A stretch of DNA of 63,526 nt, filler included, from Globobulimina sp. (taxonomy: Eukaryota), in the NCBI GenBank assembly GCA_003354225.1. It is 21 parts of 21 records of this genome, joined end to end, with 100 filler letters (N's around TTAATTAATTAA, not from the genome) between each part and the next. Parts side by side here need not be neighbours in the genome. Positions count along the whole stretch, not along the records: positions 24,246 to 27,175 come from PIVH01004320.1; positions 27,276 to 30,205 come from PIVH01004321.1; positions 30,306 to 33,235 come from PIVH01004322.1; positions 33,336 to 36,265 come from PIVH01004323.1; positions 36,366 to 39,295 come from PIVH01004324.1; 16 more parts are not named here. One strand, given 5' to 3'. The notes beneath the pieces were generated by a model that saw only the letters and a program-made list of their open reading frames with translations, ran no database searches and had not been told where the DNA came from. Both the position numbers and the translations under genes were made by a program. Of the stretch, positions 24,246-36,405 are shown piece by piece (positions within the stretch are counted from its first letter, which is position 1; each line of letters starts with the position of its first letter).

Positions 24246-26398
24246 ATTATCCACTGTGAACTCAATACCATCTTTTAATTTTACTGTCTTTTTCTTGATA
24301 ACGAAACAATAACAACATATAAATAATACCGCCAATATCACAACTGTTAATATACAAATTGTAATAATTAAATATGTAATTGTTTGCTTTAACTCTTTAT
24401 GCTGTGAATTTATCCTTTTTATGCTTGTAATTTGTACATTACCGCCAGTTTCCTGTTCAATATTATCCTCTAAATTGTCATCCACCCTTTTTTCAGCTAA
24501 ATCAAGTTCTTGATCGGTTCCCACAATCCATATTATCAATATATTACCCATCGGTGTTACAGATATTTGTGTCGTATCCAGTCCTGTGGTATTTGCTACA
24601 ATTGCTATGAGATTAATTACATTAATCTCTATTGGATTGGTAATATTTATGATCACTTCGATTCCATCATCACCTGTCACCGAAACGTATACTAAATAAT
24701 GAAACAATAATAAACAAACATAACATAACGCGTACCTGTATTTGTTGGCTGTAGTGTTGGTCTCAAGGTTGGCCATATGGAGGGAGATAAAGTTGGCCTA
24801 TCTGTACCACCAATATTCGGGCATAATGCTGCTGACAATTTATTTGTTACCTTATTGTTCAGATTGGCGTACGTTAAACCTGCTGGAACCAACATAGCAT
24901 CGAATGCATTTTGAATGATGCAGTCATACTCTGCAATATCTGGTTGATTGGTAACATGATCAATTACAATAGGAATGACACGAATATTCCTCGATGCAAA
25001 CGCAGTTCGATACGGACATAACGGAATTTGGTGCGTGGCCGCAATGCGCGGATTATCATCAGTTATAATGACTAATATTTGTTGAGTGTTTGTGTTTGTG
25101 TTTCTGCGCTGAATCCTGTCGAATTGAGAAATAACTTCATCGAAAAGTGCTTCAAAATTTAAATATCCACTCTTCCAGGTAATGTTATCAAAAGCTGTGG
25201 TTATTTGTACCAGACTGTGATAAGCCATATTCAGTTCGGTGGTAACAGTGTCATCGAACGATATGATACCAACCCGTGATTGTTGAACATTTATATTACT
25301 GAAAACATCATTGGTAAACCAGTTTTGGATCGCACCTGATTCAGATTGATCGTTTCCTAATTCGCTATAAATACCAAATATGATATCTACTGCATCTCCA
25401 CTGGCACATGCTTTATAAACATAATTAAAAGCATATGAAAAACATGTTTGACTTTTTGTTTGTAACAGCATTTAAGTGTTGAAAACAGCGTAATTAATCT
25501 TCAATGTCACACTACACCGCGAACATAAAGTTTTATTAAGCTGTTTTCAATCAATCTGTACTGTACAAGTTTTCTGAGGAGCAGACAACATATGCAATAC
25601 GCATACAATGTTGTATTTATTGAAGAATGTGTCTTAACTGCATGAGGTATCCCATCCACATCCTGCAGCGAGGTGACATAGCGATGGATCTGAAACCTCA
25701 GAGCATGCCTTGTGGTCAATTGGGTCGCTAATAAGTGTAATAGTAGGAGCTGGTGTAGCGGATGCATTATGTGACGAGGAATCACTTTGATTTATTTTGT
25801 GACATGTTATGTTGATATCTGATATGGCTGCGAACTCTTGCAATCCCATACCAATCATTGTGAAGCCAATATCAAATGTTGTGTATGCACCGACTTGGAT
25901 ATATGGGGAATTTGAAAAAATATCAGGTGTGACTCCTAGAAGTTTACCATTGTTTGAGGTACATAGATCAGCTTTGTTGACCAGAATCGAATCGGTGATA
26001 TTGAAGTTTTTGAGATTGTTTGCATTTATGGCAGATTCGAATTTATTTGCATTGATATATACTACGCTTTTGTCTGCGTTTGCATCGTAATTACAGCCAA
26101 AATAAGCGTTGTATGCAATGGAAATATTTGATTTGTATTCACATTGAAATTTTCTATAGAAATAGCCGGCATACTGCAAAATAATAAATTCTTCATAATA
26201 GCCATGATAAGATCTGTGAGAACCAATAATTATTGGAGAGAGTACATCAGAAGGATATGACCAACCGATGACACCATTAATGTCAATTGCATAATCATCG
26301 CTCCATGTTTCACCGTCTGGTAATATGTGAATTTGTTGGGATTGGAGTATATTGATGAGGAAGATGGGGAATATGCTTGATATCGGCAATAACACCAT
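24246..26398 (-). CDS. Type I membrane protein with a vWA-like domain; introns 25411-25638 and ~24674-24735; 3'-partial
   Basis: Signal peptide, short Cys knot, then a vWA fold (VDIIFGI…SRVGIISF…ILVIITD) with a degenerate MIDAS, a PT stalk and a TM helix (TITYLIITICILTVVILAVLFICC). Confidence 0.75.
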
Positions 26399-26845
26399 GA
26401 TTTGTTTTATTTTGAATAAATTATTGTTATTCGTTACTGAAAAACAGTAAAACTGAAATGATCATGGCAGCAGATAGCACATTCTTTTTGACAATATTGT
26501 TGTTGGTTTTTAATAGTTTAGTTTAATGTGTACAAATATATATATATCATTAGTACGAATATTGTCCAAATGGTTGTTTAAATTAAATAGGAATAAAAGC
26601 CGATCAATTTGTCGATTGCAGGTCAATACAATGCAAACGATCCTATATAATCTGTGTGGACAATCAAAATTGTGATATAGACTGTGGTTTCTCTGACCAA
26701 GCCTGCCAATCATCCATCATAATTTGTCCAGAAAATGGACACTGCGCTGTTAACTGTGATACAAAAGAAGCATGTGATAAGGCGACTATTTATGCACAAA
26801 AATCAAATACATTGAGTCTATATTATGATTCTATTCATGATTGTC

Positions 26846-27175
26846 CTATTTACCACTCTTGATCATTTCCCACATCGCTTCATAGCGGTAGGCTTGCATA
26901 CCATGACTACCTAGTATTTCAAGTTCGTAGGCAATGACTTGATCCATGGGGATTTGTGGTGCTCGGTTTTTTCCTAACATCAAGCCGACTTGGATGTGTT
27001 TTCCACGCTTTCGCAAATTGGCAACTGAATTATAACAAGTTGTTGGATGCCCTAATGCATCGATTGAAACATGAGCCCCACCTTTTGTGACGTCGCGAAT
27101 GGCTTCGATCGTATGGGGAACGATCGTGCTATTTATTGTGGCCACTGCGCCCAGAGATTCGGCTAACTTAAGTTT
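26846..27175 (-). CDS. Fragment of a bacterial-type zinc-dependent alcohol dehydrogenase (MDR family)
   Basis: [12 protein letters not shown]…[11 protein letters not shown]…[12 protein letters not shown]…[13 protein letters not shown] is higher than the rest of the contig, and the ORF ends prematurely at …KSGK. Confidence 0.85.
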   Translation of the reverse strand, partial: KLKLAESLGAVATINSTIVPHTIEAIRDVTKGGAHVSIDALGHPTTCYNSVANLRKRGKHIQVGLMLGKNRAPQIPMDQVIAYELEILGSHGMQAYRYEAMWEMIKSGK

Positions 27176-27275
27176 NNNNNNNNNNNNNNNNNNNNNNNNN
27201 NNNNNNNNNNNNNNNNNNNTTAATTAATTAANNNNNNNNNNNNNNNNNNNNNNNNNNNNNNNNNNNNNNNNNNNN

Positions 27276-27863
27276 CAAATAAAGCTTAGTTCCACTGATA
27301 TTTCAGATATTATCCAAAATGCAAAACAAGAAGGCGGTATGACAAATCCTTTGGTGATATGTATCTCAACACAGCAACATCAAACGGAATTAAATGATGA
27401 AAAACACTCTGAAATATCAATAATTGATGGTGGTACACATGAACATATAAAAGAGAAAGTTGATCAAACAGTGATGGACAAATTATATGACAATGATAGT
27501 AAATATGATGGATTTGTGGTAGTATTGTTGTGTTTTATACTAACAAATCAAGATAAAGTGTCACCAAAGTGTTTCTTTGATAGAACAGGACTACACAGAC
27601 ATGTGGATAAATTAAGAAAGGATATTGTGCATAGAATAAGTGAGAAACCAGTAATATTGCATTACAGTAAAGCTATAAAGTTATACCAGGATGGTAATGT
27701 ACGTGTACTTAGACCTGCACCGCAAATGGAACAATCAACTCCCAACGGAACATCAGTTTTATGGAATAAATATGTGAATCCAAATGCACAACAACATACT
27801 GATAAAATTGCAAATAATCCACCACCAAAACCAACAGTGAATGATACTCATGTAAATCAGTGA
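27276..27863 (+). CDS. Hypothetical protein, tandem paralog A (5'-partial)
   Basis: Colinear similarity to 28001-28871: IIDG, KYD(G/A), RH(V/I)(D/E)KL(R/K)KDIV, RP..QMEQS. Confidence 0.75.
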   Translation, partial: QIKLSSTDISDIIQNAKQEGGMTNPLVICISTQQHQTELNDEKHSEISIIDGGTHEHIKEKVDQTVMDKLYDNDSKYDGFVVVLLCFILTNQDKVSPKCFFDRTGLHRHVDKLRKDIVHRISEKPVILHYSKAIKLYQDGNVRVLRPAPQMEQSTPNGTSVLWNKYVNPNAQQHTDKIANNPPPKPTVNDTHVNQ

Positions 27864-28000
27864 ATGCTCAAATGGTTGTTTGGTCAATAGAGTTATGACT
27901 TTTTTCTTTGTCATGTGTGCCGGATTATAATATATAACGTTTTTCCGATGTTGTTTGAACAGTTTTTCATTTTCCAGAACTGAAGTGTTTGTTCAGTATA

Positions 28001-28871
28001 ATGGGTCAGACTTCAACCACTGCCCAACAGGAAAAAAAGGAAGCAAAGAAAATAATACCTGATAAGTTCAAAGATAAACTGGACGAGAGGCTGGAAGTTA
28101 TGACTGTTTTGTGTACAACAACAGAAAATTCATATTTTTAATATTAATATAACTCACATATCTAATGTAAGAATGCTGTTTTTGAGGAGAAAGATTTTAA
28201 ATTACTGAAACAAAATGCTTTGAAAGCACAAGGAACAAACAAGCCTTTGTTTGTTCTTATATCCACCAAAAAAAGTAATTATGCGAATGTGTTAAAAGAA
28301 GAAAAATCTGAAACATCAACCGATATTAAAATAATTGATGGAAAAACAAATAAAGAAATAAAGCAAGAATTAACTGATATACTCAACAAATTGAACCCAA
28401 AATACGACGCTATAATTATACTATTAATATGTGTGTGTTTTGTAGGAAGTGATGGAGTGATTAAATTTTTTTATCCTAAAGATGCAGAGCCGCGACATAT
28501 TGAAAAATTAAAAAAAGATATTGTGTATAGATTGGATGAAACAGCGGTCTTCTTTTATCCATGCAAAGCAGTTATTTTTTCTGATGATGCTATTTATCCA
28601 AAAAGGCCTTCTAATCAAATGGAGCAGAGGTAACTTTTAAATATATCATATCGACACATATAAAGCAAACAAATAACTGTTTATTATAAGCGAGCCAAAC
28701 AGTATGATTACATGGAAGAAATTTGAACCTAAAACGAAACATTTTTCAATGGCAAAAAAGGAAACAAAACCAGTCAAGGATCAAATGCAACAACTCAATA
28801 CCGATGATATTAAAGAGGAACAACAGACTGAGTGTGAGTGTAAGGAGGAAGAACAAAACGATAGTCAATAA
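28001..28871 (+). CDS. Hypothetical protein, tandem paralog B; introns 28097-28171 and 28630-28690; possible N-myristoylation (MGQTST)
   Basis: Both introns restore a frame that aligns with paralog A on either side of the splice sites. Confidence 0.75.
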
Positions 28872-29291
28872 ATATAAATAAATAAGTGTTTCTACCATTA
28901 GCCAACCAATCTTGTAATGTAGTAATACAGTATATATTGTACAGTTGAAATTTGTAAGTTGAATAAAAAACATAAGCCAATACGGTCATTGATAATTCTT
29001 GTCGCGCGCAGTAAGCCGCAGTTCCGATTGATAATGGTTTTCCTTCTTTGAAAATAATGTTTTTAACATTAATTAATATTCATTTACTAAGGTAGTCATG
29101 ACAGAATTGGAAGCCAGTTCAGTATATGTTGAACAATATTCTTTATACAATTCAATAACTATTAAACTACACCATCTACAGTAACTTGCAACCTCCCACC
29201 ACCAACACCTCATCAATGTGCATCAATTCCGATTTGCAATGACTCGGATATTACGGATTATCCAGGCAGTGGATTATGTTCAACATTAGAA

Positions 29292-30205
29292 ATGCACAGT
29301 TCATGTCTACCAGGTTTTATGTTTACTGATCCATGGGACATACGTTCATCCAGACCAATATCAACAGCGTCAATATCATCTATATCAGCCTTATCCGCAT
29401 CAACCATAACCAGAGCAACATTATCATTGCAAACGGAATGTTACAATGCCATACAAAATGCCTCATTACTTGATCAATGTCCAGATAAATGTTACCCATT
29501 CACTAAATCTTGCTGTCCTGGTTATTACTGCCCATTACTCAGAGCGTGTATGATTAAATGTACTGAGGTTGGCTCTTACTGTCCATCCTCAAATGAATTA
29601 TCGTCAATTTCAGATGGATGTTATCCATTAAAAACGCCGCAATTTGGTGCATCGATGGGTTGCGGCGGAGCGTCAGAACAAGAAACAATATGTCCACGCG
29701 GCTATTATTGCCCTTCGAGCCGTGAAATGCACATTTGTCCCCAACAACATTTCTGTCGAGCTGGTGATAACGCACCCACAAAATGTTCACCTTTAATGAA
29801 GTGTCCTTCTGGCACTGCTGACCCACAAATGTCTTATGTGGCAGTCATGTTATTATTGATTTTGATATTATATTTAGTTATAACTCTTAGTTATAAATCG
29901 ATTCGATATCTATTTTATGTTACTTTTGAAAGAATTTATGGTGAAACGTATGCTGAATGGTTCGAATCAAATCAAGATTCAAAATTAGTAAAATATTTAG
30001 GTGGAGTTCGGTTGTCATTGACTTCGCCCATTGCAAATAATAACTATTCTTCAGTTAAAAAGTCAATCAAAGCGGCGTTTGTATCCACGAACGAAGGAAA
30101 TATTACTGTTCAAATGGTTGATGTTAATAAAGAATTACCACAACAAATGACTGCCAAAACAGATGGAACTGATATTATTAATTTTGACGAAGAAGAAGAA
30201 TGTGC
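29292..30205 (+). CDS. Cys-rich extracellular N-terminal region plus first TM of an ABCG24/28-like half transporter (partial)
   Basis: CCPGYYCP…CMIKC…GSYCP…CGGA…CPRGYYCP…CPQQHFCRAG pattern followed by a TM helix. The ATPase domain is not within the contig. Confidence 0.65.
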
Positions 30206-30762
30206 NNNNNNNNNNNNNNNNNNNNNNNNNNNNNNNNNNNNNNNNNNNNTTAATTAATTAANNNNNNNNNNNNNNNNNNNNNNNNNNNNNNNNNNNNNNN
30301 NNNNNTGATTGGTTGCATTTTCAGATGATTTATGTGGATTTAATGGATTGTAATTCATGGATTGAACGTGGTTGTTTTTTGAGCTGTGATTTAACTTGTA
30401 ATAATAAAGCGGTGAGCTGGACATTTTGGTAAAGTTTTACTCTAAAAACTAAAAAACGATGCGCGTATATTAAAAACTAGTAGTAGCAGTACCAAAAATT
30501 AGGTACAAAATTCATTTCTGGAATTCGTATACAAATTCGTATACAAAATTGGTTTCTGAAAGAATAGTTAATAGAAAAAGTACTTCATTCATGAACGATA
30601 AGTTTAAACAGATGAGCAACAAAAATAAAAAATTAACAAAAAACATAAATATCAGCTGGATTGAATCTATATATAAATGTTCCAAACAGCTGTCGAGTCG
30701 TTAATTGCTGTGAGAATCTATATAAATTTTCAAACAGCAATCAACAAAATATATTAATTAAT

Positions 30763-32088
30763 TTACCATCTATGATACATTTGTTTTCTCTTTTTTTTGG
30801 TCGATCTGTTTTGAAAATGTTTCTTTTCATATTTCTTATTCATTAAATATTTTGTGCATTTTGTAGATTTTGGTAAATATTTATCAATATTATTCCTTTC
30901 TCGTTTTTCGTTTATCTGCAAATGCGATATTATGTCCATTAATCTTTGCGAATAAATTAATTTATTGCTCTTTTTTCGTTTCATCCAATTTCGTCTGAAA
31001 ACTCTGCATTTTCTTAACGTTTCATTCCAATCATATGCAGAGATCTGAAACATTGAATTTTGCATTACTTTTTCTTTAATATTTTTATATTTCGATCTCT
31101 TTTCCCATTCAATCCACAACATTGACATATCCTCATTCGACACATCTTCGTCCATTAATAATCGCACATTCATTGCAATCGCATCATATTTTTTAAATGT
31201 TTCCATAAATTACTTTATTTCATCAATAAATTGCTCCAATTTGAATAATGTTTTATTATTAAATGGGGTCCAAACTAAGCCAGCTGCGCTATTTCCAAAT
31301 TTATTCAATATTTTTAAAAATTCAGAGTGTGTACATTTCGTTTCAATTTCAATCACAATTCCATTCACATAACAATTTTGTATTTGCTTTGGATATTTCT
31401 TATGAACAAAATATGATTTCCCAATCTCATATTCATCAAAATATCCCAATTTACATCGTAATGAATGACATATTTTCTTCACATTATTTACATTCAATTT
31501 CGGTGAATCATAAATAAATGGTTCTCCATAAATTACTCGATATTTTGATAAATATGATTCAAAGATAACACATAAAATATCACTTGGAACATAAATATTA
31601 TATTCGTCAAATACAATGCTACGAAATACGTATTTTAAAACATGAATTGTTTCGATCTCAATGTTATGACAACTTTCATTATAAACTGTTTGCAACAAAT
31701 CGACTGATTTCCAAATACAAATTAAATTAATTTTAAATGATAATATTTGCCTATTCCAAATTGTCTCGATTTCAAAAATAAATGTTATATTTTGATGAAA
31801 TTCGTAATTATAAAATTCTGTGAGAATTCCATTTGCGATGAATTTTGAGTTGTTTTCAGAATTATAAATATTACGAATATGAAATGGATTATTTTCCTTC
31901 ATTTTAATTTGTTGTATTTCAATTTTTTGCTCCAACAAATTGTATGTAATCTCAATAAATCCATATATTCTGTAATTTTTGCTTGATGCCATCGAACATT
32001 TTACACTCAAAATCGTGTCATTTTCATTTTCCATTAGCATTTCATTTCGCGATTTGATGACCAATGCATGAGGTTTTACTATGCTCAT
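30763..32088 (-). CDS. Hypothetical protein interrupted by an in-frame TAA (31210-31212)
   Basis: Two ORFs in the same frame are separated by one stop codon (…DEIK*FMETF…). Confidence 0.5.
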
Positions 32089-32210
32089 TTTATGCGTTAA
32101 ACTAAATTCTCGATCAAAAGAAATGAATCAAAGCCTATTGCACTAAAAATCTAGTTGCATTCTAGCTTTTTTTTTTTAAACTGTATTTTGGCAATTATCA
32201 ATAACTAATA

Positions 32211-33235
32211 ATGTCGTCAGACCTAACTGTCTTCGGATATCGTGCCAAAGATGTAATTCATTCACATGCATCCTTCCAAAAGAACTTTATTTTAGGTGAA
32301 CATATGTGTAATGGCGCACAAGGTTCAATATATGCAACAGCACGAAATAAAGATAGATATCGAGAAAAGTTCTATTTAGTTACAAAAGAAATCGATATTA
32401 GCGGCGAATTTGCAGAAGAAAATCTTACAAAATCACTGCAGGAATTCATATTAATGCGTAAATTGAATATGATAAATATTTCCGGTTTGTCGTATGGTGC
32501 GAATAAGAATTCTTTATTATTAACAATGGAAATGTTGGAATATAGTTTGTCCGATGCCATATATTTTAATATCGATGACAATATCCATGACTTTAAATGT
32601 CTTCATTCAGACTACGGATTAAAATATTTAATCTTAGAAGTCACAGTTTTTCTACATTCCTTACATAATTTAGGTTTTCTTCATTTAGATATAAAACCGG
32701 ATAATATTATGTATAGAAACGGCACAAATGAAACGAACCTGTTCTATGGCAATGGCTTCAAAGTAATCGACCTTGGATTAGCCGAATACATTGCAAATAC
32801 AAATGGCCTTCGCAAATTGGATTGTTTTGTGGGTACAAAAGGTTATTCGTCGCCGGAGGTATATAACAATGAGGCAATTAATTATAAGACAGATATTTGG
32901 AGCTTGGCCGCCGTCATTTTATTTGCCGTGAATGGATATAATATATTTAATGATAAAGCAGACACTTTTAAATACGATCAGAATTTTCTTAATTCACATT
33001 TAATGAATTTATATTTAAGCAATAAAATTAATTTTAAATTATATGATTTATTGTCACAAATGTTCGAATATGATGCAGATAAAAGACCAAATGCTGCAAA
33101 TATACTAAGACATTCCTATTTTGATGGTGTTGTATTTGAAGGGAGCGATAATCAGTTTTATTGTAAAAAAAAAATTACAAACAATAAAGAAACAATTATT
33201 GGGAAGTTTGTGTTGTTGACACAAAAAATTACTGT
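32211..33235 (+). CDS. Ser/Thr protein kinase (3' end may be partial)
   Basis: GAQGSIY, VTK, HLDIKPDN, DLG, GTKGYSSPE, DIWSL. Confidence 0.9.
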
Positions 33236-33335
33236 NNNNNNNNNNNNNNNNNNNNNNNNNNNNNNNNNNNNNNNNNNNNTTAATTAATTAANNNNNNNNN
33301 NNNNNNNNNNNNNNNNNNNNNNNNNNNNNNNNNNN

Positions 33336-34260
33336 ATTATTTGATATCAACAAAATTAAACTGAGGTTACAAAAAACATTGAAAGGAAATGGAAAGTGTC
33401 GACTCAAATGCTGAACACTGCAGAATTTGTTATGAATCTGAGCAGCCAATGCTTGCTCCGTGTTATGTTCTGGTGATTTGAAATTTGTGACAGAAAATGT
33501 TTAAATCAATACAGTGCAATCAATATTTCTCATCCATCATTTACACAATGCAACACTTGCAAGTTTTGTCCACAAATATCCACCGCATTTATCCAGTTTG
33601 TATATATCATGAAAATTGAAAACAATATGGTTAATAATTGTTGCAGATCACCAAAAGCAATTTATAGATTCAAAGTTGCTGTTGATATTTTTAAACTTAT
33701 ATCCTGTGGGCTAACCACTGTATCAATAATTGCTGCATTTTACATTATTCACCAGGAAGTGAGTTAGCTGCATACAAATCATTACAATGGTCCATCGCAG
33801 TTGTTTTTATGATTGGGTGTTTTTGCTATAATTCATGGTTGTGCACACGTACTATGTTCAGAGAAGGATTGTTGTGATTGTAGTGGCGATCATGATTCTG
33901 ATTGTTATGTATGCCCTGTTGGAGATTGTGGTGGCTGTGATCGGGGTGGTGGTGATGCAGACGGCGGCTATGTGGTTGGATTTATTTTAGCTGCGATTGG
34001 GATTGTATTGGTTGTAATTGGTATTGTTTATAGTTTAATAGTTGGTGCAGCCTTATTTTGTAATATGTCAGCAAAGCATGATGCAAAATTAATGACAAGG
34101 TACGTATGTTCGATTGCATATTTATCGAGTTAGCTGATTATTGCATCGTTGTGAAAGATTTACAGAGGTATTCAAAAGAGAAAATATTAACAATGCAATC
34201 AGAGGAACAGAATCCAAGTATGCCAGTAACAGAAGACAACAAACCAAAAGAATGCAAAAC
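33336..34260 (+). pseudogene. RING-CH (MARCH-like) E3 ligase with TM helices, multiply frameshifted
   Basis: CRICYE…LAPCxCSGDLKFVxRKCL…FTQCNTCKF can be read only by crossing 1-nt gaps at ~33464 and ~33490. A Cys/Gly-rich loop and TM segments follow. Confidence 0.75.
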
Positions 34261-36262
34261 AATCACTGTAATGTACGTAATTTTATGTATGCGCGGAAAA
34301 TAACCCGCATCATAGAACAGATTCAAATATGTACACAGAAATTCAATGATAAATGGATGTAAATAAAGCAATAACTGTATATGTATACCGATACCATGAT
34401 GGCACTTTTTATTGATAGTTTTAAACACAAACCGGAGCAAATGGGGGCTAATGGGGTCATTTATTGTATGTACCGCATTGGCATAATGTTCATCATCACA
34501 AATCAATCGCGGATTATGCATTTGATTGGCCTTTAAAATATCCGTAGAGATATTATGCATAATATGTGTACAGGGATATATGTTATCATTCAAAGGGATA
34601 TTCTTAAAACGGAGTCGCGGCAAAGCGTCATATTTAATGTGTTGTATATGGCGATGACAGAACTTCCGCGCAAACAGATTAGCTTTGATGTGGTTATCAT
34701 GGACAAAAGAGGTCGTATTTGTGTCAAGATCAATATGTGTGAGATATGGAATACATTGCTTACGCGATCCGGTTTTACCTATTTTGCGCAAATAACGCAT
34801 AGATTGATATATATCGCGTTGTCCCGAAATGGTTAAGTTAATATTCTGTCGCAGTTTGCGTTTCTTTGCCTGAGTACACAAAGCAGTCAGTATATTTTTC
34901 TGTTGTTTATATAATGCAAATTTGTCATCTTTTGATTGTTTATTAAGAAGAGAGCATTGCAACCAATCACGTTTCAAGAGGCGAAGCGCATCACTTTTAT
35001 CAATGATCTCTCGCGTACACCAAACCTGGCGATATTTATATTTACGCTTTGCAATGCTCCCAATATACTTACCAGCATTTCTATGAATAATGCAATAAAA
35101 AGTATGCGCAAAGTCATCTAATTGAGCACGTGTGGGACTGTGGAGTGATTGGATGCGAATCTGTAATTGTTTTAATTCATAAATGGCATTGATTTGATAC
35201 AAATAGATATTGATTGGGCGCTGAAAACGATAATTAACATTGTCTGCATTGTACATTTTATCGTCGGACACATTTGTATATGATACCTTACATTCACGTA
35301 CTGCAAAAATCGAAAACAAAGCATAATGATCAGAAATGGAGGAACGATTATTTCGAAGATCAACACAATTTATCACATAATTTTCATGCGAAAGCAACAG
35401 TTTATCAGATACCAAATGAAGATCCAACACATTGCCTTTAAAATGAGTTGGTATGCGCTTCATATTGACAATGGATAAATGCTTTTGATTAATGAACTCA
35501 TTCAGCCATTTAAATTCAAGACGATCCAATGTGCGATATCGATGAAAGTCCAAACGAGAGAATAATTCATTATGTATATTAAAATCACCGCTAATTATAA
35601 AGGATTTTATGTTGCGATCAGTTTGAATTAAGGTATGGTTGAACCATTTCTTTTGTTTATAGTGTTTTAATATGTTATCCATAGTATATTTCAGGATTTT
35701 AATGTCAGGCACAATGAGATTACGGCTCGATGAACGATAATAAGAAGCAAATAATACAGTTTGGTCAAATAACGTATTGGGCTGAGGATGTATGGCCACC
35801 CAAACTGAGAAATGAGTATTTTCTTTCTGTAATAATTGCGTATCCACAAAAGTACCAATAATATGTTGTTGCTGCTGATCAGTTATAGTTATAACATCTA
35901 CATACTCCTCCAATGCATTTTTAATATAAATAACGTTTTTAAGAAATAGCCGGTGTACCAGATTTAGTATGAAAATAGCCGGTAATCTCCGGGGGTTTCA
36001 AATATGTTTGATAATGGATGTGAACCTCTTGTAACGAAATAAGTGTCTGTTCCAGTTCATTAACAATATCTTGCAATGCGTCCATTTTAGCACAATTGAA
36101 GTCACCTTTGCCAGTGTGACTAAATAATCCATTAACATTCAAAGATAATACAGTCAATGAAGATTGATAATAATCATCATCAATATGACGCAAAATCATG
36201 TCACTATCGATTATATTCGGATTTATATGGCGAGATCGCCGTTGTTGCATATTATGAGTCAT
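34260..36262 (-). mobile_element. Non-LTR retrotransposon (LINE) ORF2 fragment: APE endonuclease plus pre-RT region
   Basis: LSLNVNGL, ISLQEVH, SYYR, ISGDFNIH, PTH…VLDL and SDH endonuclease motifs, then W-basic linker and GYFPRIHK just before the RT core. One +1 frame break at ~35938. Confidence 0.88.
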
Positions 36263-36405
36263 CGGNNNNNNNNNNNNNNNNNNNNNNNNNNNNNNNNNNN
36301 NNNNNNNNNTTAATTAATTAANNNNNNNNNNNNNNNNNNNNNNNNNNNNNNNNNNNNNNNNNNNNTAATATCACATTTCCGCCTAATGATTTCACCCAAA
36401 ATACC

